Below the pieces are notes generated by a model, which had not been told where the DNA came from, did no database searches, and was given only the letters and a program-made list of their open reading frames with translations. Of a DNA stretch of 64,000 bases, positions 19,576-29,811 are shown one piece after another. Source of the DNA: Rhodothermales bacterium (GTDB taxonomy: Bacteria; Bacteroidota; Rhodothermia; Rhodothermales; VXPQ01). The stretch spans positions 71,056-135,055 of the forward strand of contig JBBDTI010000031.1 in the NCBI GenBank assembly GCA_040904565.1. The letters are read 5' to 3'. How positions within the stretch are numbered: position 1 is the stretch's first letter; every line of letters starts with the position of its first letter. A program made the position numbers and the translations under genes.

Positions 19576-22197
19576 GTGCGCAAGCTCTTTTCCCTTATAG
19601 TTCTCCTCCTCGTCACGGCACCGGCTGCAGCGCAGGCGCTTCGGGTGGATGTGGATGACGGCGCGTTGCGGGAGGCCCTACTTACGGTGCGCGAGCAGGC
19701 CGGGGTCGATGTCGTGTTCTCAGAGCGACTCGTGCGCGGTAAACGATCGACCTGCTCCTACGACGGATCGGACGTGGTCGGTGCGCTTGCGTGCGTGCTC
19801 CGAGATACCGGACTCGAAGCCCAGCGGGTTCGGCGCAACCAGTATGTCGTCGTGCAGTCGTCGGCAGAGGCCGCCTCTTCCGAGCCGGATCGGGTGACGC
19901 TTGCCGGATACGTCGTTGATGGGCACACCGATGAGGTCCTTCCGGGCGCACACGTTTATCTGCCGGATCTCCGGGTGGGGACCGTCACGAACGAGGCCGG
20001 ATTCTTCGCCCTGCCGTCGTTGCCTCCCGTCGACTATCGCGTTCGGGTTTCCTATCTCGGATATGCGCCCGTGGAGAGGCGACTCACGGGTGGTGGGGTG
20101 AAGCATACGATACCGCTCGATCCGGCCACGCTGACGAGCGGCTCCATTCTGGTAGAAAGCGAGGCCGAGGATGAGACCGAGTTTACCAGCGTGCCCGGGC
20201 TCTTGGCGGAGTCACTGAGTCGGCTGGAGGCGCTGCCCTCCTTTCCCGGCGAGTCCGACCTGTTTCAGGCCCTGCAGTGGTTCCCTGGGATCCGGAAGAC
20301 CGGCGAAGTGAACGGAGGGATGGTGATTCGTGGAGCGCCTCCCGACCAGAATCTATATCTACTCGACGGGGCACCGGTGTATCATCCCTGGCATGCGTTC
20401 AGCCTGATCTCCATCTTCCAGACGGAAACGTTCAAGAGCATCAAGCTGTACCGCGGATCCTTCCCTTCGGAGTACGGCGGGCGGATTTCCTCCGTTCTGG
20501 ATGCGCAGATGAAAGACGGCTCCCGCCGCGGGCCGCGGCTCCTCGTGGGCCTGAGTCCAATCAGCGCCCGGTTCATCGTGGAGGCTCCGGCGGCGGAGAA
20601 CAGCTCGTTCATGGTAGCGGGGCGGCGCTCGTATATCGACAAGCTCATCGGCCGCGAGCATCCAGTGGAGAATTCGTCCGGTCGCCGCGACACGCTGCGT
20701 ACGGGGTATTACTTTTACGACGCGAGCGCAAAGTTTACACACCGCTTCCGGCGCGGCGATCGACTCTCCGTCAGCTACTACCACGGCGGCGACGACCTGG
20801 ACCTGCGGCTGCCGTTCGATCTGTCTCTCGATTTTTCCTCCTGGCTGCGGCCCACCGATCTCTTTTTCGAGGTAGTGCACCGGTGGGAAAACCGGTTGAT
20901 CAGCAGCCGCTACCAGCATCTGCTGTCCGATCGGCTGTTTGCGACCGTAACCGCGTATTCATCGTCCTATCTTGCCCGTGAAGGCGCTTTCTTGCGCCCG
21001 ACGACGACGTCGGCGATGGAATCGGACTACCGGGTCGATCTTCGTGAGACGGGTCTCAAGCTGGATGTGGAATATTTCCGATCGCTGGATCACCAATTTC
21101 AGGCGGGAATACACGCCGTAAAACGGGATTTCGAGTCCTCGCTCGATGCCACCATTCGACGTTCTGCCAGCAGCACGGACGACCTGTCGCAGGTCAGTGC
21201 CGCGAACGAGTCCGAGGTGTCGATCTACGTGCAGGACTGGTGGCAACCGGGGGACAGGTGGACCGTTAGGCCCGGCCTGCGGATGAGCGTGTTCGGTGGG
21301 GGGCTCTACACACATGCGGTTCCCGGTCTTTCCTTCGAGTACGCCGTGGACCCGCAGTTTCTACGCCTCAAGATGGGCGTGGGACGTCACGTCCAGTACC
21401 TGCACCGTCTTCGCGACCGTTATGCCTTTACGTACGATCTGGTGACCAGCCGCTGGATACCGGCCGACGAGACCGTGCAGCCCTCGACGGCATACCAGGT
21501 GTCCGGGGGATTCGCGAGTCGCCTGTCGGACGGCGTGTTGGTCGAAGCGGATGCGTACTTTCGGGATGTCGACGGGGCGCTGCTTCCGGAAGACGAGTTC
21601 CGCACGAAGAACGATCTCGTCGGTCCGGGTATCGACGTGGGTGAACTTCTCGGTCAGTACGTCCCGGGGGAAGCCAGAGCCTATGGGATCGAGCTTTCCG
21701 CCCGGGTCGTGCGCCCGGACTGGTCTCTGCGGCTCATTTATGCCGGAGGGAGGTCGCTTACGCGCTCGGCGTTGCTGGGCGAAGACTCGTATCGATCGGC
21801 CCGGTACGACGTACCTCGATCGTTGAGAGTGCTCGGTTCGCGCGAGCTGGGCAATTGGCGGCTCATGGCGTCCCTGGACCTTCGCAGCGGTTACCCGACA
21901 AGCGTCCCTGTGGCCCAGTACGTCGTCGGCGACCCCCTCGACGAAGACCAGCGGTATCTTCATCGCCCGCAGGTGAATAACGGTCGCCTGCCTCCCTATT
22001 TCAGGATGGACCTCTCCGCGGAACGCGATTTTCGGATGCTGGGGGCGGACTGGACGGCCCGCGTGCACCTCTACAATGCCATGAACCGTCGAAACGTGAT
22101 CGCCAGGCAGTATGTGCCGTCGGCCGACGGCCTGGAGGTTCAGAATCGTAGAGGACTGCCCATCCTACCACTTTTCGATATCGAAATGCGCCTCTAA
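19576..22197 (+). CDS. TonB-dependent receptor with N-terminal signalling domain
   Basis: Signal peptide, STN-like domain, carboxypeptidase-regulatory-like domain (GYVVDG...GTVTNEAGFF...SYLGY), plug (IRGAPPDQNLYLLDG, YGGRISSV) and beta-barrel. Confidence 0.9.
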   Translation: MRKLFSLIVLLLVTAPAAAQALRVDVDDGALREALLTVREQAGVDVVFSERLVRGKRSTCSYDGSDVVGALACVLRDTGLEAQRVRRNQYVVVQSSAEAASSEPDRVTLAGYVVDGHTDEVLPGAHVYLPDLRVGTVTNEAGFFALPSLPPVDYRVRVSYLGYAPVERRLTGGGVKHTIPLDPATLTSGSILVESEAEDETEFTSVPGLLAESLSRLEALPSFPGESDLFQALQWFPGIRKTGEVNGGMVIRGAPPDQNLYLLDGAPVYHPWHAFSLISIFQTETFKSIKLYRGSFPSEYGGRISSVLDAQMKDGSRRGPRLLVGLSPISARFIVEAPAAENSSFMVAGRRSYIDKLIGREHPVENSSGRRDTLRTGYYFYDASAKFTHRFRRGDRLSVSYYHGGDDLDLRLPFDLSLDFSSWLRPTDLFFEVVHRWENRLISSRYQHLLSDRLFATVTAYSSSYLAREGAFLRPTTTSAMESDYRVDLRETGLKLDVEYFRSLDHQFQAGIHAVKRDFESSLDATIRRSASSTDDLSQVSAANESEVSIYVQDWWQPGDRWTVRPGLRMSVFGGGLYTHAVPGLSFEYAVDPQFLRLKMGVGRHVQYLHRLRDRYAFTYDLVTSRWIPADETVQPSTAYQVSGGFASRLSDGVLVEADAYFRDVDGALLPEDEFRTKNDLVGPGIDVGELLGQYVPGEARAYGIELSARVVRPDWSLRLIYAGGRSLTRSALLGEDSYRSARYDVPRSLRVLGSRELGNWRLMASLDLRSGYPTSVPVAQYVVGDPLDEDQRYLHRPQVNNGRLPPYFRMDLSAERDFRMLGADWTARVHLYNAMNRRNVIARQYVPSADGLEVQNRRGLPILPLFDIEMRL

Positions 22198-22198
22198 C

Positions 22199-23152
22199 GT
22201 GCACCTCCGGACCCACATATCGATGGTCTGCCTGATGGCCGCGCTGATGCTCTTCGGCACGGCTTGCGACACCGTGGCCCCGGTCGACGAATCGCGACTC
22301 GTGGTCGAGGGCTACCTGACCAGTGGCGGGCCACTTTCAACCGTTCAGGTCCGGCGCACGGTCTCCCCGAACGGTCCGTACGATCCCGCTCGAGCCGCCG
22401 TGGACGATGCGACGGTTGAGCTATTCATCGGGGGGTCCACGATTTCCTTTGCCCCGGACTCGAAGGAAAAAGGAACGTACCGTCCCGGCTCCACGGGTGA
22501 GACGATGGTGGCGGCCGGACAATCGTTTTCCTTTCGGGCGGCCTGGCGGGGTACCGTCGCGGAGGCTTCCGGCATCGTACCTCCTACCGTAAAGCTCGGT
22601 GAAGTGGACGTAACGGTGCCGGACGAACCGATATCCGCGGTGCTGCTGGATTCACTCGTGCTGTCCGACTCCATCGCTACAGGGCTTTACACCGGATATA
22701 TCTATCCGATAGAGGTCGCGATCTCCTGGAACGACACGACGGTGCAGGGGTGGTCGCCGGAGTCGTCGTGGATCCGTGCACAGATCAGACCGTTTTCCGC
22801 ATTCTCTTCCCCAGTGATCGATCTCTTTCTGCGATCCGACGAAATATTCAGAGAAGCAGAGCAGATGACGATCGACGGGAAACGAAGGTGGACCGGTCTC
22901 TATGCCGTCGGCGTCAGGAATGAGGACGACCCGCTACCACTTCACCGCGTGCGCATATCCATCATACGTTCAAGCTCCGATTACGCCCGCTTCGCGGCCA
23001 GCAAGGACGCCCCCGAGCGGCGTGAGCCGGTTACCAACCTCAGTGGTGCCGTCGGCATTTTCGCAGCCATCGCCGTCGACTCCGTAGACGTGTACGTGGA
23101 GCCGGACGGATCATCGTCGATAGCATCCCATCCGCGAGAAGTGGTACGATGA
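22199..23152 (+). CDS. DUF4249-like lipoprotein partner of the TonB-dependent receptor
   Basis: Lipobox GTAC, LVVEGYL, C-terminal PVTNLSGAVGIF; lies immediately after the receptor. Confidence 0.75.
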   Translation: MHLRTHISMVCLMAALMLFGTACDTVAPVDESRLVVEGYLTSGGPLSTVQVRRTVSPNGPYDPARAAVDDATVELFIGGSTISFAPDSKEKGTYRPGSTGETMVAAGQSFSFRAAWRGTVAEASGIVPPTVKLGEVDVTVPDEPISAVLLDSLVLSDSIATGLYTGYIYPIEVAISWNDTTVQGWSPESSWIRAQIRPFSAFSSPVIDLFLRSDEIFREAEQMTIDGKRRWTGLYAVGVRNEDDPLPLHRVRISIIRSSSDYARFAASKDAPERREPVTNLSGAVGIFAAIAVDSVDVYVEPDGSSSIASHPREVVR

Positions 23153-23811
23153 CGGATAATATGGACCTGCGTCCAGGAAGCATCACCTCCATTCGAGCAC
23201 AGTCCCAATCGCCGGATCGCGTATCCGTGTATATCGACGATGCGTTTGCCTTTGGCATGCATCGCGATCTCCTGCTGGAGTTCGACCTCGCGAAGGGTAC
23301 GGAGCTGACCGTTGACAAGCAGCAGGAGATCGTGCGCCGCGACGCCTTCTTCAAAGCGCGAGCGGCCGCCGTTCGTTACCTGTCGTACCGAGATCGCTCG
23401 GCGGCTGAAATCCGACGGAGGCTGGAGCGCGGCGAATACGGAGCGCACGTGATCGAGGACGTCGTTCACGACCTGGAAGAGAAGAACCTGGTCGATGATC
23501 ACCGATTTGCTCTCACGTATGCGGAGGGGCGATTTCACTCAGGTGGTTACGGCCCGGTGCGCGTTCGGTCCGACCTCATGAAGAAGGGCGTCAAGACGGA
23601 AGCGGTCGATGCGGCCGTGTCGACCGTCTTTTCCGAGCGGGACGAGGTGCTAGGACGTGCGCGGGAGATGGGCGTGAAGCGGTGGGGGCAGCTGGAACGT
23701 GAGGACGATCCGCTTCGGAAAAAAAAGAAAGTCTACGACTATCTGGCCCGGCGCGGCTTTCCCTTCGACATGGCGCGGCGCATCGTAAATGAACTGCAGG
23801 ACGACACGTGA
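23149..23811 (+). CDS. recX: Regulatory protein RecX
   Basis: RVSVYIDD, AVRYLSYRDRSAAEIRRRL, LVDDHRFA, GPVRVRSDL, YLARRGF. Confidence 0.9.
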   Translation: MTDNMDLRPGSITSIRAQSQSPDRVSVYIDDAFAFGMHRDLLLEFDLAKGTELTVDKQQEIVRRDAFFKARAAAVRYLSYRDRSAAEIRRRLERGEYGAHVIEDVVHDLEEKNLVDDHRFALTYAEGRFHSGGYGPVRVRSDLMKKGVKTEAVDAAVSTVFSERDEVLGRAREMGVKRWGQLEREDDPLRKKKKVYDYLARRGFPFDMARRIVNELQDDT

Positions 23812-24018
23812 GCTACGGTGACGACTCCCCGACGAAGAGCGCCGGGTCGTCGAGCGGATGCATGCCGGCGCATCTTTCTCGATCTGTCGTTCGTTTACGG
23901 CAACACGGGTGCGGCGTGCTCGGCCGGGCGCATCGGGCTCGCGAATTGGGGGCAGGCGGCGGTAGGGGCCCGCAGCATCTACGACAGCGTCGAGAGGGCG
24001 AAGTAGTCAGAGAATGCG

Positions 24019-25467
24019 ATGAATGAAGGAAAGCACGAACCGAGTGAACCACGAGAGGGGGCGTACGAGCGTGAACATCCCTCCGAGTTCGCCTCCTCGG
24101 GTGAACAGTTGCCCTCCGGGTTCACCGTCGACCGAGTCATCCGGGTAGCGCTTGGGACAGGGCTCGTGGCGGCCGTAGCCTGGTTGATCTGGTACTTTTC
24201 GTCGCTCGTCCTTTTTCTCGTGATAGGCGTGGTGCTGGCCTATCTGATGCGCCCCCTGGTGGATCGCCTGCAGGGGTGGGGCGTGGCACGCATCCCGGCC
24301 ATTATGGCGACGTTCGTCCTCGTCTTCGGCGGACTCGTCGTCTTGATCACTCAGCTTGCGCCCTTCGCCACCGACCAGCTTCGCGAGCTGTCTCAGCAGG
24401 TCAACTTTCAGCAGGCAGCGCAGATTACGGCGGTGGACGCGCAGGGACCGGCGGATGCTGCGGGGCTGGACGCGGGCGATGCCATCGTCGCCGTAGACGG
24501 GCAGCCGTGGGATGGGTTCAGCCAGTTGCAATCTATACTTCATGCGAAGCAAGCTGGAGATTCCCTCCAGGTGGAAGCCGAGACGCAAGGCGGAGATCGC
24601 GTCCGGCGGATCTTGATCTTGCGGGACCCTGATCCATCACGGGGAGATCAACCGGTCGGCGACGATGAGCGATACGTCGCTGCGCTGGGCGTAACCGCGC
24701 GCGACGTGACCCTCTCTAACGTCGCCATCGCCATCGAGCGGAGAATCCGGACCGTGCTTCCGATCGAGCGGGGCACCATTGTGAACGGCGTTGCGACCGG
24801 CCTCAATCGGATTTTTGGAGACGATCAGGTGGCCGCCGTCGCCGGGTCGATCGTCGGCTTGTTCACCAATATCTTCTACGCCGTACTGGTGATTCCATTC
24901 GTGGCCTTCTTTTTTCTGAAAGACGGCACTCAGCTGCGGAGAAGCCTGCTGCGCCTCGTACCCAATCGATACTTCGAGCTGACGCTCTCGCTGATCGGAA
25001 AGATCGAGACCATCGTCGGCCGCTATTTTCGGGCGCTCTCGTTTCAGGTGCTCGCGATCGCGGTGGTGGCCTCGACGCTGCTCTACGTCGTCGGACTGCA
25101 GTATGCGGTTGCGGTGGGTGTCTTTACCGGTCTGGCGAATACGATACCGTACTTCGGACCGCTGATGGGCTTCGTGGCCGGTACGCTGGTCGGCGTCGTA
25201 CAGACGGGTGACTTTACGCTCGTGCCGGGTGTGATCCTCGCGATGGTGCTGACGCAGGCGGCCGACAACGTGATTTTCCAGCCGTATATCTTCTCGCGCG
25301 CTGCGCAGGCCCATCCGCTCGTCATTCTCTTCGCGGTTCTGATCGGAGCGCAGATTGCCGGCATCATCGGGATGCTTGTCGCGATACCCCTGATGACCAT
25401 CGTCCGCGTAGCCGTCCAGCAGGTGCTCTGGAGCCTGCGCAACTATCGTATTCTCAAGTCGGCATGA
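24019..25467 (+). CDS. AI-2E family transporter with inserted PDZ domain
   Basis: AI-2E motifs LAYLMRPLVDRL, FFFLKDG, NTIPYFGP, NVIFQP, HPLVIL, GMLVAIP; PDZ-like insert ITAVDAQGPADAAGLDAGDAIVAVDG. Confidence 0.85.
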   Translation: MNEGKHEPSEPREGAYEREHPSEFASSGEQLPSGFTVDRVIRVALGTGLVAAVAWLIWYFSSLVLFLVIGVVLAYLMRPLVDRLQGWGVARIPAIMATFVLVFGGLVVLITQLAPFATDQLRELSQQVNFQQAAQITAVDAQGPADAAGLDAGDAIVAVDGQPWDGFSQLQSILHAKQAGDSLQVEAETQGGDRVRRILILRDPDPSRGDQPVGDDERYVAALGVTARDVTLSNVAIAIERRIRTVLPIERGTIVNGVATGLNRIFGDDQVAAVAGSIVGLFTNIFYAVLVIPFVAFFFLKDGTQLRRSLLRLVPNRYFELTLSLIGKIETIVGRYFRALSFQVLAIAVVASTLLYVVGLQYAVAVGVFTGLANTIPYFGPLMGFVAGTLVGVVQTGDFTLVPGVILAMVLTQAADNVIFQPYIFSRAAQAHPLVILFAVLIGAQIAGIIGMLVAIPLMTIVRVAVQQVLWSLRNYRILKSA

Positions 25468-25470
25468 AGG

Positions 25471-26304
25471 ATGTGGATCATGGCTGGCGATGCTAAACGT
25501 GCGGCGAACGAGCTCGTGTCGCGCTTTGCCGTGCGCCCGGCGGTGGCGCTCGTTCTCGGCTCAGGTCTCGGTGCCCTGGCGAAGTCCGTCACCGATGCGG
25601 TTGTCGTACCGACGCACAACGTCGCGGGATATCCAGCCTCGACGGTAGCCGGCCACCAGGGTCGCCTGGTCTTCGGACGGCTGGAAGACGTCTCCATCCT
25701 GATCGTGCAGGGTCGCTTGCACCTCTACGAAGGATATAGCGTCGGTCAGATTACCTACCCGATACGCCTGATGCATGCGCTTGGCGTCCGCCGCGTGCTG
25801 CTCACGAATGCGGCGGGCGGTATCCATCCGACGTTGTCGCCCGGGACGTTGATGTTCATCACGGATCACATCAACGCATCCGGGGCAACCCTCACCGGGT
25901 CCGCTGCGCTCTCTGGCACGGCTGCGCCCGAGGCCGTTCGGACGCGCGATGACACGGTACCGTACGACATACAGTGGCTCGATCGTACAGAACGCGCCGC
26001 GCTTCGATTGGGCATTGCTACGAGACGCGGAACGTACGTGTGGACCCGCGGGCCGTGCTACGAGACGAAAGCGGAGATCGGCGCGTTTCGCCGGCTGGGA
26101 GGAGACGCCGTCGGGATGAGCACCGTCCCCGAGGCGCTCCAGGCTTCCGCCCTCGGCATGGACGTGCTCGGTATCTCGACGATTACCAACGCGGCCGCCG
26201 GGCTGTCCGATGCGACGTTGTCGCACGAAGACGTGCTGGCGGTCGGCGAACGTGTTCGCGGCGATCTCGAACGGCTCGTTCGCGCCACGTTGAAGGGATA
26301 CTAG
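25471..26304 (+). CDS. punA: Purine-nucleoside phosphorylase (family 2)
   Basis: LGSGLG, GHQGRL, QGRLHLYEG, TNAAGG, GPCYETKAE, AVGMSTVPE. Confidence 0.9.
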   Translation: MWIMAGDAKRAANELVSRFAVRPAVALVLGSGLGALAKSVTDAVVVPTHNVAGYPASTVAGHQGRLVFGRLEDVSILIVQGRLHLYEGYSVGQITYPIRLMHALGVRRVLLTNAAGGIHPTLSPGTLMFITDHINASGATLTGSAALSGTAAPEAVRTRDDTVPYDIQWLDRTERAALRLGIATRRGTYVWTRGPCYETKAEIGAFRRLGGDAVGMSTVPEALQASALGMDVLGISTITNAAAGLSDATLSHEDVLAVGERVRGDLERLVRATLKGY

Positions 26305-26467
26305 CGGTTCCCTGGGGGACGACCAGTCCTTCAAGATCTCCGGAAGACGTTCGCCGACACTGATCTTGTCGGATGAAGGATCCGTATATATTAGCTTAGC
26401 GGTTTCATGCGTGCTGCGTGATGTCGTCCTTTCATTGAATGCCGTGCCTTTGCCTAGTTCGTTGCCC

Positions 26468-27754
26468 ATGCTTCCGATCGTATCCTTTGAAGACCGAAGG
26501 GACAAGCTGCCGCGCATCTTCGATCGCGGCGCCGTGTTCAGCGACGAGATCGATGCGGCGGTGTCCGACATCCTGCGAGACGTTCGCGAGAGGCGCGACG
26601 AGGCCCTGCTAGATCTCACGGAGCGTTTCGACGGCGTACGGCCTGCCCGTCTGCGCATCTCGACTGAACGATTGGCCGAGGCCTATTCCGACCTCGATCC
26701 CGAGCTGCGTGACATCTTCTCTGAGGCGGCTAGCAATATTCGACGTTTTCACGAGAAGCAGGTACGGAGCTCGTGGTTCTCGGACGAGGACGACGGGGTC
26801 ATGCTGGGCCAGCGATTCGTACCGCTCGACCGGGCGGGCGTGTACGTGCCCGGTGGTACGGCGGCGTATCCGTCGACCGTGCTCATGAGCGTCATTCCCG
26901 CGCAGGTAGCCGGCGTACGCGACATTCAGCTGACATCGCCTCCAGGAGATGACGGTGAGCCGCATCCTTTCGTGCTGGCGGCAGCGCACTTCCTGGGTCT
27001 CGACGCTATTTACGCCGTCGGTGGTGCCCAGGCCATCGGGGCCCTGGCCTACGGAACGCAGACCATTCCTCGCGTCGACAAGATCGTCGGCCCCGGTAAT
27101 GTCTACGTCGCCGCGGCCAAGAAACAGGTCTACGGTCAGGTCGACATCGATTCCATTGCCGGACCGAGTGAAATCGTGGTGCTGGCCGACGACGGTGCCG
27201 ACTCCGGCTTTGCGGCGGCGGATCTGCTGTCGCAGGCGGAACACGACCCCCGGGCATCCGCCGTACTCGTTACGACGGACGCCGCGTTCGCGGCCAGGGT
27301 GCGTGAGCGGGCCATCGAGATGGCCGCCGACCTTCCCCGGCGAGAGATCGTCGAGGCGTCACTGGCCGATTTCGGCGCATGTATCGTGGCGGATACCATG
27401 GAGCAAGCCGTCGACGTCGTCAACGAACTCGCGCCCGAACATCTCGAACTGCTGGTACGGGATCCTGAGGGCGTCCTCGGTCAGGTCCGGCATGCGGGAG
27501 CCATTTTTCTCGGGCCGTACTCTCCGGAGCCCGTCGGCGACTATTTCGCGGGGCCGAACCACGTTTTGCCGACGGGCGGTACGGCCCGGTACGCGTCGGC
27601 GCTGGACGTCACCGATTTCCTTCGGCGCCAGTCGATCGTCGCCTATACGCGTGAACGGCTTGCGAAGACGGGTGCGCGGATCGCGACGTTTGCACGGGCG
27701 GAGGACCTGGAGGCCCACGCACGTGCCGTCGAGATACGGATCGACGACCGCTGA
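26468..27754 (+). CDS. hisD: Histidinol dehydrogenase
   Basis: YVPGGTAAYPS, GGAQAI, KIVGPGN, AGPSEI, SQAEHD, APEHL, GPNHVLPT. Confidence 0.96.
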   Translation: MLPIVSFEDRRDKLPRIFDRGAVFSDEIDAAVSDILRDVRERRDEALLDLTERFDGVRPARLRISTERLAEAYSDLDPELRDIFSEAASNIRRFHEKQVRSSWFSDEDDGVMLGQRFVPLDRAGVYVPGGTAAYPSTVLMSVIPAQVAGVRDIQLTSPPGDDGEPHPFVLAAAHFLGLDAIYAVGGAQAIGALAYGTQTIPRVDKIVGPGNVYVAAAKKQVYGQVDIDSIAGPSEIVVLADDGADSGFAAADLLSQAEHDPRASAVLVTTDAAFAARVRERAIEMAADLPRREIVEASLADFGACIVADTMEQAVDVVNELAPEHLELLVRDPEGVLGQVRHAGAIFLGPYSPEPVGDYFAGPNHVLPTGGTARYASALDVTDFLRRQSIVAYTRERLAKTGARIATFARAEDLEAHARAVEIRIDDR

Positions 27755-27850
27755 TCGGCCCGGTCCGAAAGGGAGAGCATCTTGCCGACGCAACAGGTTG
27801 TGGTATCATCAACAGTGCAGACAAAACGAAGAGGAGTCGAGGGATCGTGC

Positions 27851-28966
27851 ATGGCAGGTACGGAGAGTGACGGATCGGATGCGATCGCGCAGGTTTTGAA
27901 TCGCATTCGTCCCGCGATTCGCGAACAGCAAGCCTATGTGGTTGGTGGGATAGAACGGCCGCCGGTGAAGCTCAATCAGAACGAGAGCCCGTATGATCTT
28001 CCGGAGGCCATCAAGGACGATCTGCTGGAAGCGTTTGCCGCGATCCCGTTCAACCGGTATCCGGACGAGCAGCCGGGGCGACTCGTGCGGGCCTACGCCG
28101 ATCACGTGGGCTGTGACGCGGAGATGGTCCTGGCCGGAAACGGCTCCAACGAACTGACCTATACCCTGGGGCTGGCGCTCGTCGAAAGGGGTACGCCCGT
28201 CGTCCTCCCGAGGCCCATGTTCTCTCTATACGAAAAGGTCGTGCGGATGCACGACGGCGACCTGGTCGAGGTGCCGTGTCTTCCGGATTACCGATTCGAC
28301 GCGGAGGGGTTGCTCGACGCGGTGCGGACGAATAGACCGGCCCTGACGGTGTTGACGACGCCGAACAATCCCACCGGTCTGGCCATGGAGGAGGGGGAGA
28401 TCGAGGCTATCGTCGCGGCCTCCGATGGGTTCGTCGTGATCGATGAAGCGTACGTCGAATTCTCCGACCGATCCAGCGCCATAGAATTGCTGGATGCCTA
28501 TCCGAACGTCATCGTGTTGCGCACGCTTTCGAAGGCGTACGGTCTTGCCGGGCTTCGCATCGGATTCATGATTGCGCGCCGCCACGTAATCCGCGAAATC
28601 ATGAAGGCGCGGCTGCCGTTTATGATCGATCCTCTTGCGGAGGCCGCGGCGCGGACGCTGATAGCCCACGAGGATCTGCTGGACGGACGAGCACGCAGCC
28701 TGAAAGCGGGGCGCGCAGCGCTCCAGGATGCGCTGGCGTCGCTGGATGGTGTGGACGTCATCCCGTCTCAAACGAATTTCGTCGTGTTCCGTCCGCCGGT
28801 CGAGGCCTCGATCGTGATGGGCCGTCTCGCTGAAGCGGGCGTGCTCGTCAGAAACATGGCGGGGTACCGAGAATTGAGCGGATATCTCCGCGTCAATGCG
28901 GGAACGGAGAGCGAGAACAACGCATTTTTGGTCGCGTTGAAAAATGCATTGACTGAAAGCCGTTGA
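27851..28966 (+). CDS. hisC: Histidinol-phosphate aminotransferase
   Basis: KLNQNESP, NRYPD, GNGSNE, PNNPTG, DEAYVEF, RTLSKAYGLAGLRIG. Confidence 0.95.
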   Translation: MAGTESDGSDAIAQVLNRIRPAIREQQAYVVGGIERPPVKLNQNESPYDLPEAIKDDLLEAFAAIPFNRYPDEQPGRLVRAYADHVGCDAEMVLAGNGSNELTYTLGLALVERGTPVVLPRPMFSLYEKVVRMHDGDLVEVPCLPDYRFDAEGLLDAVRTNRPALTVLTTPNNPTGLAMEEGEIEAIVAASDGFVVIDEAYVEFSDRSSAIELLDAYPNVIVLRTLSKAYGLAGLRIGFMIARRHVIREIMKARLPFMIDPLAEAAARTLIAHEDLLDGRARSLKAGRAALQDALASLDGVDVIPSQTNFVVFRPPVEASIVMGRLAEAGVLVRNMAGYRELSGYLRVNAGTESENNAFLVALKNALTESR

Positions 28967-29062
28967 TGCCGCGACGTTAAATGTGCCGGATGCGTGCTGC
29001 CGACGTGCTGCGGTGAAGGCACTTCGTCGAACTGACATTTACTCCAGGTCGCTAGTACTGCC

Positions 29063-29650
29063 ATGGATTACATACAGGTAGATATCATCGGACTTTCGAC
29101 GAGCCCGTCTAGTGGCGGAGCGTATGCTCTGGTACTCGGCGAGGTCGGAGGAAACCGGCGACTACCCATCATCATCGGAGCATTCGAGGCACAGGCGATC
29201 GCGCTGGAGCTGGAGAAGATCCAACCACCCAGGCCCATGACGCACGATCTGCTTCGCGATACGCTGGATGCCGTCGATGCCGAGGTCATGGACGTCGTGA
29301 TCGATGAGCTGCGAGAGGGGACGTTCTTTGCCAAGATTCGGTACGTTCACGACGGCGACGAGGGGCAGCTCGATTCCCGTCCCAGCGATGCCGTAGCGCT
29401 TGCCGTTCGGGTCGACGCCCCCATCTACGTGGCTCCCAGCGTGATGGAAGAGGCTGGTATACCGACGGAAGAGGAAGGCACGGCCGCGCTGTCGACGGGC
29501 CAGGTAGAAGCAGCCGAGGAGTCGTCCATGACCCAGCTCGAACGCATGGAGCATCAGCTGGAATCGGCCATCGAGGAGGAAGACTACGAAAAGGCGGCCG
29601 AGCTGAGGGATGAGATTAAGCGATTGCAGAGTGAAAAGCAGAAGAACTGA
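29063..29650 (+). CDS. Bifunctional nuclease (DUF151) with C-terminal UvrB/C motif
   Basis: LPIIIGAFEAQAI, PRPMTHDL, DSRPSDAVALA, AIEEEDYEKAAELRDEI. Confidence 0.92.
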   Translation: MDYIQVDIIGLSTSPSSGGAYALVLGEVGGNRRLPIIIGAFEAQAIALELEKIQPPRPMTHDLLRDTLDAVDAEVMDVVIDELREGTFFAKIRYVHDGDEGQLDSRPSDAVALAVRVDAPIYVAPSVMEEAGIPTEEEGTAALSTGQVEAAEESSMTQLERMEHQLESAIEEEDYEKAAELRDEIKRLQSEKQKN

Positions 29651-29811
29651 CGCCCGTTGATGTGGTCCCATGGTTCCGGGCGGGTCGAGATCGGAGCCGG
29701 GATGTAACGCCAATGCCGTCTTGAGAAACGTGAGAGCGAAGCTTTGGCACTCTTGGATTGTGCGAGAGCTTCGCTTTTCCTTTGTGCCATCATCCAACAA
29801 TAGATCCAGAT

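Noticed and set aside
23808-24052. Short ORFs between recX and the AI-2E gene
   Set aside because: No recognisable motifs or RBS; several overlapping frames are equally weak, as expected in GC-rich DNA.
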